Source of the DNA: Yuukianura sp. NJ FZ-2021
Taxonomy: Eukaryota
Reading direction: 5' to 3'
Assembly (NCBI GenBank): GCA_046563655.1
Contig: JAJCTO010000010.1
Span: forward strand, 744,001 to 808,000
DNA length: 64,000 nt
The translations under genes and the position numbers were made by a program. How positions within the stretch are numbered: the stretch's first letter is position 1; every line of letters begins with the position of its first letter. Positions 11,706 through 22,896 of the stretch are shown here, piece by piece. The notes below the pieces were generated by a model. The model saw nothing but the letters and a program-made list of their open reading frames with translations, did no database searches and was not told the DNA's origin.

Positions 11706-12665
11706 AATACCTCGACCAAGACGCTTAAAAGGAGATGATGCAGCCTAAATAGTCAGTTACTTTAACAGCTTCACAGCTATCTACAATCTTAAAGAACAAA
11801 TTCCACCAGGCATTGGACAGCTTTGTGGACTATACACAGCAAATCAGAACCAAGGAAGGCTGCAACAGGATTTTTACCGAATGCAGAAGAACCCCTGAAT
11901 TAGCAACTAAAAACCCTACCCCTTTCTCCATTTCCTTGTGTGGAACCTCCAGACAAAAATTTAGGGAAACAGCAACCAATGGAAATTCCGCCTAGCAACA
12001 TCAAGTCTGACCAGTGTCCGTGTACTATTACATTCCCAGAAGGGTTCGAATGGCCAAGTTATAAGCAACTGAGAAAGCGAATGCCAAAGTTTCCAGAACC
12101 TTTGAATTGTTTCTTGAGAGTATTCGACTAGAGAGATATTCCAGTGACATAATATGGAAAATTACTTTTCATGGTAAAAGAGATGGCTAAAAAGTCTTTA
12201 TTCAAGCCAAATAAATTATCAATTATTTCTGTACACAGTACATCCGACATCGGGAAATATATTATTACGGATTCTAAACCTATCATCCTGGGATTGGTGT
12301 AGATCGATAAATACATGACCATACGGTTTTTTCATAACGTCGTCATAGCATGTTTCCAGAGCTTCGTTCCGTTCTCCGTTTTTTGTTAGCAGACGTCAAA
12401 AGCAGAGAACTTGAGAGACTTCTCGAGGATTTTTTGTGAAACAAATATACTGGCAATTTGTAGTTATCGTTCGTTGTCCTTTCTCGAAGAAGTTTTGGGT
12501 GACGAAAGTTACTCATCTTACCTCCCCCATCACACCAATGCTTTATATACACCACCACCACCACCAGTCTTGCGAGGAGGAGGAGGAGGAGGAGGCACCA
12601 CCACCACCACCACCACAATAAACCTGTAGCAACCGAAAAAACCTGTTCAGTTGCATTTGTACATC

Positions 12666-13106
12666 ATGCCTGTTTACTGTGACATTTGTTCCAAGTCATT
12701 TTAACGTGCAGACGCATTAAATCGACATAATTGCGTTGCTCATTCAGACGAAGCTATGGATTCTGACTCAGAACCGGAAAATGAAGCAGAAACGGAAACT
12801 GAAGAAGAAGAAGATGACTCTAAGGCACATTCTGGCATTAGTAAATCCAGCTTATCGTTAATCCTTCTTGCACTACACAATACGGATATTGGAGTTCAAC
12901 GGCTGACTTTGGACAGCTTACGCAAGCTTGTGGAAGGCGCAGACGTTTCTGATTCTGATTCAGATGACAATGAAGAGGAATCATCCGACAAGTTGGATTC
13001 AAGTCAATTAGATTATTTAATAGCCGTTGTAAAAGCCGGAATAAGAAATGTAATCAATATTAACAAAGCAGAATTTTTAAAAATGCTGAACAAAATGGTT
13101 TTATAA
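12666..13106 (+). pseudogene. Small C2H2 zinc-finger plus acidic protein with premature stop
   Basis: ATG 12666 gives MPVYCDICSKSF*RADALNRHNCVAH, in frame with ORF 12756-13106; TAA at 12702-12704 interrupts the finger. Confidence 0.65.
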
Positions 13107-13309
13107 ACATTTAATGTTTTCAGTTTACAACCTAACATTTTTTCATACAAATCAAAATAAATTATTGAGAAATATCTCTGATCCTGAAGGCGTGCCAATC
13201 TTATGAGGATGGTATGAAAATCAACTTGTCAAAATAAATTATGGAAAAATGTCTTTATGCCTAAATGCTAATGTGTTAATTCTATCCGGTAATCACTCAT
13301 GTTGTCTGT

Positions 13310-13672
13310 CCTCGTCCAAAAATGTACACCATCAGATCCTTAAAGCTTTAAGTATACAAAGGATTTGATGGAACAAATATTTATCAAAAGAAGACTGACG
13401 GTAGCTGGTTCATCAAAGACGAGTACATGAAGAAGGTCAAAGGAATAACTAAAACAGCTGTAAACAACCAAATTGCATATGAAGATTTTGAGAAAGTCCT
13501 TAAAGAAGACGTTCAAACGTGGGTGTGGATGAGAGGATTTAGAAGTGTAGAACATAGAGTTTTCACGGAGCTAACCTGGAAAAGAGCTCTGAATGGACTG
13601 GATACAAAGCGTTATGGAGTTAATAGAATCAACACATTAGCCTCTGGGCATCGTAAGATTAAAAATATATAA
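13310..13672 (+). pseudogene. C-terminal fragment of Polinton/Maverick-type protein-primed family B DNA polymerase
   Basis: RPKMY at 13313, then KKVKGI...YEDF...FRSVEH...T...KRAL...DTKRY...TLASGH, matching the recalled pPolB C-terminal pattern (LRPKMY...KGV...RS..H...DDKR...TLA.GH). Confidence 0.7.
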
Positions 13673-14027
13673 AAAATATTCCTTTGTCATAATTTCTGTA
13701 ATCAAACCTTCGAGTGAGTTTATTCCCATGAACAGAAATATAAGACATTACGGACATACCTAACCTAACCTCCTGGTGACAAATCCAAATTACAAAACCA
13801 GATCAACTTTGACAACCTACTTTTTAAACAAGCAAGAAGCAGATTCAAAAAAATTGAACATTGACTCTCATTACAACTCCGAAGACGAAGACTCATCCTA
13901 GTTATGGAACCTCACTTTTAATTTTTAATTTACTTTTTAATTTAATTCCTAGTTTTCATGTTTCGCGAGTAATTTAAGCCTACAGTGACATACAACAAAC
14001 TTTCAACCTTTTTGACTATGAATAACT

Positions 14028-17000
14028 TGTTTTGGCATTTGAGACGCTTCTCAATAGGGAAGCGCCAATTTCAAATTGTCGAAAAGGTGTTAGATATAGG
14101 TTTATCTTTAAGTGTGTAAAAAGTGTGGTTTTTCGAAGAAGATGAGCAGATGAACTGCCACCTTGAGTTCAATTCTGTATTTCAAGCAGCATGGTCTGCA
14201 CTTTGCGATTTCTAATTAAAAATAATCAATTAAATGTAAAGAATTGAAAGTATTAACGTTTTATAATAAAAACTAACAAAAATCCAACATCCGCTATACC
14301 ATCCAAATCACTTCATGGTGCCGAAAGACGGTTTTCGTCGACAAGACAACGAACGACAACCTACTGATCATCAAAGGATGAAGCATGCGGTATAATTGGT
14401 AAAGTCAACTAACGTAACAGTTGACAAGGTGAGTTCAAAGTGTCAATTGAACAAATGTGGTGATGATTTAATCATTATGCTATAATCAATTGTGTAATCG
14501 TGTACTTTGTGTATTCTTGAATCTTTGGTCATGTCATTGTGTTTACTGGCAACAGTCATTGTCTAACTTATCGTGTGTGGCTCTTTTTGAGTAAAATTAA
14601 TCAAAGTTGACAAACTGTTGACCAGGAAGAAAGCCAAAGAATCGTCTTTGGCCATGTCTGACCAAGAACAAGAGAGTAAGGTGGCTGCAGCAAAAGGTCA
14701 AGGTCAGGTCAAGCCGACTGGCTCGAAAACAATGCTGAGCGTGTCACTACCAAGTGTGGAGTCTGAAAATATGCAGAGAATGGTAAAGGCCATTAGAGGT
14801 TTCAACTTTGACCTCCAGTATTTTCAGCAAAAAGTGGAGGAGTACAGCACAACTCCCACCCTTGTATCCAAGCCCAGGATGGCTATGGAAAGGAAGAAAC
14901 TCGAGGGTTTCGAAACAAGGCTAAGTGAATTGCGCAGCGATGTGTACATGAACTGCGACGACGAAACGCAAATACGCGCGCAGGCTGCGGAATTGAATGT
15001 GTGTGACAAGTTTCTTGATGCAATTAATCTAAAATTGATTTCTTTTGAGTCCCAGGTCAGTGGAGGCTCAACATCAGGAAAAATGAAAGTGAACATGCCG
15101 AAACTGGAACTTCCGACTTTCAGTGGCAAATACGAAGACTGGCTTTCCTACAAGGATTTGATCATGACATACATTGTCAACAATCCTGATCTGACTGGAA
15201 GCCAGAAGTTGGGCTATCTTCAACCTACGCTGAAGGGTGAGGCTGAAGACGCGCTCAAGTACTTCGACTTGACCAATGGGACTTTTGAAGAGGCATGGGA
15301 CAGCCTCAAGGAGCGGTATGAAAATCCGCGACAAATTGTATTTTCATTTTTGAAAAATATTGTGCACTTTAAATCAATTCAAAATGAGTCCGCACAAGCA
15401 CTGAGGAAGTTGCTTGACGTGTTTAATCAGTCCATCAGATCACTTCAGGTGTTGAAGGAGCCTGTGGACAAGTGGGACTCGTTTTTGATTTTTTTGATTT
15501 TAGAGAAAGTCTCCAGTGAAACAAAACGTGAGTGGACCCGCCACTTCAAAGGTACGCAGATGCCTAAGTTCAGCGAGGTCAAGGACTTTCTGGAAGATCA
15601 CCTTCGTGGGTTGAATGTCGGCTCAGAAAAATCGGGTCACAGTGAGAAAAAGACTGCTGAGAAACCCACTGAAAAGAAGTCTCACCAATCGTCCTCCAAA
15701 GTTCCATGTCCAAAATGTGGTGGAGAACATTCTCTATTCAAATGTGACCAATTCAACGCCATGGCAGTGGACGAACGTGAGAAATTTGTAAAGTCTAAAA
15801 ATTTATGTTTCTGTTGTCTCAGAGGTGGTCACGGTGAGAGCAAGTGTACTTCGAAATTTAAATGTTCGAAATGTCAAAAACGACACAACACACTGCTCCA
15901 CTATGACAGAAAGCCAAAAGCACCAGCCGTGGATACAAAGGAGGAGAAACCAACCACTTCAACCACATCACTGTACTGTTCGAGTACTCGTGTGATTTTG
16001 GCTACAGCAGTGGTGAGTGTAATGGACTCATTTGGTGATTACCAAAACTGTCGTGTGTTGTTGGACCAAGGTTCAGAGTCCAATTTTATCTCAATGTCGT
16101 GTGTCAAAAAATTGGGGTTGAAAAAGCACCGTGCTAATGTTACCATTACAGGCATTTCAGGAACCCAGGTCGAAAGAGCGTTGGGGGAAACCAACTTTTG
16201 TGTAAAATCGAGACTAAATAATTTTGAAATTAACGTGTGTGCTTTAGTTTTGAACAAAGTTACAGGTTCTCTGCCTTCGTTCATTGTCAAAAATACTGAT
16301 TGGCCACATTTGAAAAATTTGGAGTTGGCAGATCCAGCCTATCTTCAGCCCAGTGATGTGGATATTCTACTTGGCAGTGAATTTGTTGCCCGTTTGAAGA
16401 CTGGCAAGAAGGTACAAAGTGACCTTAATCTTCCCATCGCTGAGGAAACTGAATTTGGGTGGGTCATTTCTGGCCCGGTAAGCACTACAAAAAACGTAAG
16501 TGTCAATCTTTCTACTTCTGTGTGTGAGTCATATGTGAAAAAATTTTGGGAACTTGAGAGTGTCCCAATTCGGCCGGTGTACACTAAAGAGGAGGCACTG
16601 GCAGAGCAACATTTCGTGGTCAACCACTCCAGAACTGAGAGTGGAAGATATGTGGTAAAATTACCTTTCAAAACCGATTGTGTCAATTTGGGTTCGTCAC
16701 GGGACATGGCCGCAAGTCGATTAATGGGAATCGAAAAACGTTTGCAAAAATTCCCTCAACACAAAGACGAGTACCATCAGTTCATGAGAAAATACCAAGA
16801 ACTTGGCCACATGAGTGCAGTGACCAAGTCGGAGGAGGGTGAGGTCATTGGAGAGACCAATTATTTGCCCCACCACTTTGTGTTAAAAGACACAAGTACC
16901 ACTACCAAACTACGAGTGGTTTTTGATGGTTCTGCGAAAACTTCGAATAATGTGTCTTTAAATGAGTGTTTGTTAGTGGGTCCTACTATCCAACCTGATA

Positions 17001-20000
17001 TATTTTCTCATTTGTTGTTTTTTAGGACCAATCAAATTGCACTTAAGGCGGACATTGTAAAAATGTACCGTCAATTCCTCGTGGACAAAAATGACCAGAA
17101 GAAACAACGGATTCTCTGGCGTGACTCACCAAGTGATGAAATTGGTGAATTTGAACTTCAAACGGTGACATACGGCACAAGCTCCGCCCCATTTCACGCC
17201 GTCAGATGCCTTCAGCAACTCGCAGAAGACGAGAAAGGCAAATTTCCAATGGCTGCTGAGGTACTAAAGTCAAATTTTTACGTGGACGACTTGATGGGAG
17301 GAGCCAACAGTGTCCAAGAGGCTAACCAACTCGTGACAGAGCTAGAAGGGCTTCTACGTCGTGGTTGTCTGGAAATTACGAAGTGGGACTCCAATTCGAA
17401 AGATGTACTGAAGTCCATTCCTAAAGTCAACCGAGGTAAAAATGACGTGATTACATGTGATGCTGATTTTGACAGGGTTTTAGGTGTTTGTTGGGACAGT
17501 GGAGGTGATTACTTTCACTTCAAAGGATACACTCCAAAACCGGTGGGCGTGGTCACAAAGAGGACGGTCTTGTCCACTATGTCAAAAGTGTTTGACCCAC
17601 TTGGTTTTTTGTCACCTTTAACTGTCAAAATTAAGGTTTACTTTCAGGTCTTGTGGTCGCCAGTGCAGGGAAAGGAAAATGGAATCTTGTCATGGGACGA
17701 TGAGATTCCGCCTGACCTAGCTGGACAATGGCATGACTATGTCAAAAGTGTCCATGACATAAAAAGTCTAACCATTCCCAGGTTTTTATTCTCTGGTTTT
17801 CAGGAAATTGTCCAAATTCATGGATTTAGTGACGCATCGGAACTCGCGTACTGTGCGGTAGTGTACGTTCGGTCAATTCAGAGGAATGGTCGGGTCACTA
17901 CTAACATCGTTGCTTCAAAAACAAAAGTAGCTCCGATGAAGCAGATCAGCCTTCCGAGACTTGAACTTTGTGGTGCTCTACTTTTGTCCAGACTAATTCC
18001 GAAAGTCATGGAAGCAACTCGTCTACAATGTCCCATCATGGCCTGGACTGACAGTGAAACAGTCCTAAAATGGCTAAGGAACACAAGTGGTAAGTTTGTG
18101 ACATTTGTGGCTAATCGTGTTTCAGAAATACAGGAAGTACTTCCAGTCAGTTCGTGGAATTTTGTTCCTGGAGTGGACAATCCAGCTGACCTTGGTACTC
18201 GTGGAATTTCTGCTGAAGAACTCGTAAGTTCACAATTGTGGTGGTGTGGCCCAGACTGGCTAAAAAATCCAGATTTGCCAGTGTTTGAGTCAGAGGGGAA
18301 AGTAAGTGAGCCCTCTGAACTCCTTGAATTACGAAAGGTAAAGGTGAATCTGACGCTAATTGACCGTGACATGATGAAACGATTTTCGAATTATGTTAGG
18401 CTTAACCGTGCCGTGGCATATGCCATGAGATTTGTTTCAAATTGCAGGAATTTGAAACAGGGGGAGAGGCTTACTGGTGACTTGTCAGTCGAAGAAACTG
18501 ACCGAGCCTTCCTCATGTGCGTCAAAGTAGCGCAAGAAGACGACTACAGTGACGAAATACTGGCCTTGACGAAAAACAATTGCGTGGGGAAAGGAAGTGC
18601 ATTGGAATCGCTACATCCATTTTTAGACAGTCATGGAGTCATGCGTGTTGGAGGGAGACTCCAAAAGTCAGATCTTCCGAGTGACGAATGCCATCCCATC
18701 ATTTTATCAGGTCATAATTATTTCACCAAACTCATGGTAAGACACTATCATCAATTTTATTTACATGCCAATTATCAGTTGTTGTGGGCAAATGTGTCAA
18801 AAAAGTTTTGGATTGTGGGTGCGCGAGTCACAATTCGACAGGTGGTCAGAGACTGCCTAAAGTGCAAAAGACTACGAGCCAAAGCCAGTGAACAACTGAT
18901 GGGAGCACTACCAAAGGCGAGAGTTACTCCTTCTCCGCCATTTACACACTGTGGAGTCGACTATGCAGGCCCCTTTAAGCTTCAAGAAAAATATGGGCGT
19001 GGCAAAAGGCAATTTGATGCCTATTTTTGTGTATTTGTCTGTTTTGCAACACGGGCAATCCATTTGGAACCCGTGACAGACTTGACCATCGTTTGAGCGT
19101 TTTTAGCGACACTGAAAAGATTTATCTCCAGACGTGGGCTTGTGACTGAAATTCATTCTGATTGTGGCAAAAACTTCGTTGGCGCAGCTAACGAAATGAA
19201 AGAGTGGACTAAAATCATTCAAGATTCTAAAGTCGTTGATTTTTTGTGTGTTTCAGGAATAAAATGGACATTCATTCCTCCTGATGCTCCTCACATGGGT
19301 GGACTATGGGAGTCAGGAGTAAAATCGGCGAAGTACCACCTCAGGAGAGTGGTAGGAAACACCACGTTGACGCTGGAAGAGTTCCATACGCTCCTGACAA
19401 TGGTGGAAGCAGTGCTCAACTCTCGGCCGATCTGTGCAAAATCTCGTGACCCAGATGACGTTGAGGCGCTGACTCCTGGACATTTCCTCATTGGAAAGCC
19501 GCTACTCGCCATCCCAGAGCCACCATTGGCCGAAATCAAGGAGCACAGACTGTCGAGATGGCAACGTGTCCAGCAGATGTCTGAACATTTCTGGAATCGC
19601 TGGAAGAAAGAGTATCTCAACCTTCTCCAGCAACGTAACAAGTGGCGAAATGAGGCTGAGAACATCAAAATTGGCGATCTCGTCCTAATCAAAGACGACG
19701 ATACTCCACCGTTGAAGTGGAAACTCGCCAGAGTCACCAAAACATTCCCTGGAGAAGACAACCTGGTCCGATCAGTCGAGGTGAACTTCAAAACAAATGA
19801 AATCGACAAGAAAGGTCAATCCAAAGTCAAGGATCATGTGTTTCTTCGTCCAGTCGTCAAAATTGTCAAGCTACTAGAACCAGAGTAGCGTAAGTCTAGG
19901 GAACATGTGTAAATAATGTAATTCCAAATTCAAAATATTCATTTATTTCATAACTTTAAAAAATCTTGGGTTAAAGTTACATTTAAAATCATAAGTGTTA

Positions 20001-20674
20001 AGTGGCTATTTGATAGTATCAAAACATAGGTGTTTAGGTAAGATGTAGTTTCTAGTTCTATCTCTTTCCAAAATTTCAAATTAGGGGTAAAATCATTTGC
20101 TAAAACACCTTTCGTTCGAGTAGAGTAATTTACTGAACGTAAGGTGACTTAATTTTGGATGTGTGATTGTGTGGGTGATTTTTTGTGTTCTGATCTACTG
20201 GTAGGGTCCAGTAAACGGCAAAATCCAGCCTGAGCAACTGGAAGAAGGCTTCGTCCACCTTCAGCCACCGAATCCAGTAGCATCGGAGCACCCTTCAATT
20301 TTTCAATTTGTGTATATCTAAAATTGGTCACCATTTTTCTTTTGTATTTTTCAAAAATTGAGTGACTCAGTCATTCAATGGAGGGCGGTGTTTTGGCATT
20401 TGAGACGCTTCTCAATAGGGAAGCGCCAATTTCAAATTGTCGAAAAGGTGTTAGATATAGGTATATCTTTAAGTGTGTAAAAAGTGTGGTTTTTCGAAGA
20501 AGATGAGCAGATGAACTGCCACCTTGAGTTCAATTCTGTATTTCAAGCAGCATGGTCTGCACTTTGCGATTTCTAATTAAAAATAATCAATTAAATGTAA
20601 AGAATTGAAAGTATTAACGTTTTATAATAAAATAACAAAACCCAATTCACCGCTCTACCATCCAAATCACTTCA
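14028..20674 (+). mobile_element. Full-length BEL/Pao LTR retrotransposon
   Basis: LTRs 14028-14315 and 20389-20674 (TG...CA); 5-bp TSD TAACT (14023-14027, 20675-20679); PBS TGGTGCCGAAA (tRNA-Phe-like) at 14316; PPT GGAGGGCGG before 20389. Confidence 0.96.
14653..19888 (+). CDS. BEL/Pao Gag-Pol polyprotein with a single in-frame TGA at 19094-19096 in integrase
   Basis: ORFs 14618-19096 and 19142-19888 are in the same frame; zinc knuckles, LLDQGS, YLPHH, YVDD, FSDAS, PRLEL, DYAGP, SDCGKNF, GGLWE motifs. Confidence 0.92.
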
Positions 20675-21289
20675 TAACTCTTGTTTTAACGTTAACAACT
20701 TAACTAATAACCTATTCTTTTTACCATTAAGCCTTGGTGTAATTACCTGTTTACAGGGAACCATTGGTCAAATAAAAATCAAAAACAAAAATCAAGCTTT
20801 GGGTTATCGTTACGTTTGTTAAATGTGGTCGACATCATTTGTGTAAAACTCAGAATGAATTTTCCAATCTAAAAAACAATATTGAATACTACGGAACAAA
20901 CAGAATGAGCACATTAGCCTTCATGGATTGTAACTTTGGTTAAAATAACTATTTGTCATTAATTTCTGTAAATAAAGCTTTCAGTGAATTCAGTAGTTGT
21001 AGTTTTTTTTTATTGTAACTTTTACATTAATTTCAAACAGCGAACTCTTTAGATGCTGTCAACAAATCTTTGAAAATTAAAGATCTTCTCTCAATCGTTC
21101 AAGATTTTGTGCATTCTCCTGAAATTGTTATAGGTTATGAATTATATATGTTAATATGGGTCATGAACTATAGTTAGTAAAAAATACTTTTTTTTTTGTA
21201 AATCATTGTCTTTCAAGAAATAAAAGTTATAAACCTAAATAATGCTCCAAAGAATTTATTCCAATCACGAAGGATAGGAAACTGAAGAA

Positions 21290-22079
21290 TTTTAGGAAAG
21301 TAAAGTTTCTATAATTCGGAAATCTCAAACTTCTTCATCAGATTTTCCATGATGGTAACGAAGTTTAATGTTTCATCACGTGTCCAAAAGATCAATGGTC
21401 CTGAAAACAATTAAATAAATTTTACTGAATTCGACTTGTTATCTTCTTTTAAATAATTCAATACCAATGTAATTCGCAAATCGTGACTCCTCCAATATTG
21501 GAGAATTCAGATGCATTTGAAGACGAGAATATCTCCCCCGGATCATTCTCATTCTCGCCGTTTTTGAGGTGGTTGTGAAGACGCTAGGATCACCCCAGAA
21601 TCCGGAATCCTTAGGATTGATTTTATCAACAAAGACTGACTGTGAGTCAATCGCTTCCATTGCCTTTTTGACAAACTTCAGGATTTCTGGGATTTCCTTA
21701 GCGATGAAATGTAAAACCGTTGGCGAGAAGTTTGGATAGCTTTTCCGCACATATACCTTGAAACCTGAAAATATATATATTTGAAATATATTGTACAATA
21801 TATAATCGCATGACATAATAATAAATGAAAAAAAAAAGACATACATTGTTGCAAGTCATCAAACCCCAATCTGCAAACACAATCTGTTCCAATGCTGTGA
21901 GTCAAATCATTCTGACCGAAAAACTTATCATTTCCTGGAGTATACTCGTCTCGTGCAGCAGTATCCAAGTAGTTTTGCGCCTTCCCTTTTGTTTAAAAAA
22001 AAATAAAAAAAAAATATTATTATGAATACATAGTTACTCAAAACTCAATACTTCTATGTGACTTACCTTGTTCAGACAT
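21290..22079 (-). CDS. Possible spliced gene of unknown function
   Basis: Coding-like ORF segments 21439-21764 and ~21845-21985 separated by AT-rich GT-AG intron-like gaps; candidate first exon ATGTCTGAACAAG|GT near 22079. No recognisable domain. Confidence 0.35.
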
Positions 22080-22377
22080 TTTGACTGGTGTGAAGATACT
22101 TGTCAAACGTATCCTTATATAAGACATTGATTGATGAGACATTAAGTGTACTAGTTAGATATTAAAGTAGAACGACAAATTAGTGTACTAATTTAATGTC
22201 TAGTCAGAATAATTGATTTGACCGTCTAGAGCATCTGACTGTCTGGAACATCTGACTGTCTGGAACATCTAACAATTTGAAAATCTGGTGGTGGTGGTGG
22301 TTTCAAGATGGATTTGCAATGAATTCCAATAAAAAGCTTGCATAAATTGAAAGCATTTCAGTAGGGTAATAGGAATA

Positions 22378-22673
22378 ATGAACTACACAATTTCGGGAAT
22401 AGGTGGATTTAGTAAGGTTGGGTTTTCCAACTCTGGAAATCCTGAGCAAATACTTGCAGCAGAAAAAATAGATCAGCCTGTAGCTCTCATTAAGTTTGAC
22501 ATTGCTCTATGGAAGAAGTACAGCCCGCGAATTTACCAACGCCAGCAGCGCATGCTATCTAAGGCATTCACAGAGTTCGCCGATTATTTTGCAATGAGTT
22601 GCACGAAAGTTGGATCTGAATATTCTCGTCTCATCCATTTACAACATTTGAAAATTCGAAGGAAGCGAACGAT
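22378..22673 (+). pseudogene. 5' half of an unknown gene (paralogue of 63249-63761), interrupted by the Copia insertion
   Basis: KAFTEFADYFAMSCTKVGSE aligns with RAFSEFTDYFKICCTKVGAE of the 63249 ORF; frameshift near 22621-22640; continues at 61691. Confidence 0.8.
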
Positions 22674-22896
22674 TGTTCAGAAATGAACTTTTCAGTTCTC
22701 AATCTTTTTACAGACTAACTGAAAGTTTATTCATCGCTCTCAATTATAGAATTGAAAGATGATTACATGACAAATACCTTTAGGAGGCATTTGTCTTCTT
22801 CAAGGCTAACTAAGTTACTTGAACTAAATACCAATAGATTTTGTTTGTAATAGTAAAAATGAATGAACATTTTCTACATCCCCTTCAAACTAAATC

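Noticed and set aside
12343..12629. Poly-W/L/V, poly-P/G/T and poly-H/E ORFs
   Set aside because: Products of CCA/GGA trinucleotide microsatellites read in several frames.
14824..19809. Antisense and alternate-frame ORFs over retroelement pol genes (here and throughout)
   Set aside because: Shadow ORFs of long coding regions with no independent motifs.
20195..20280. Hammerhead or HDV ribozyme assignment for the BEL 3' UTR motif
   Set aside because: No CUGANGA/GAAA core or nested HDV double pseudoknot found on either strand; kept as an unassigned structure.
22230..22300. Short tandem CATCTGACTGTCTGGAA repeats and a GGT run
   Set aside because: Simple local duplication with no supportable function.
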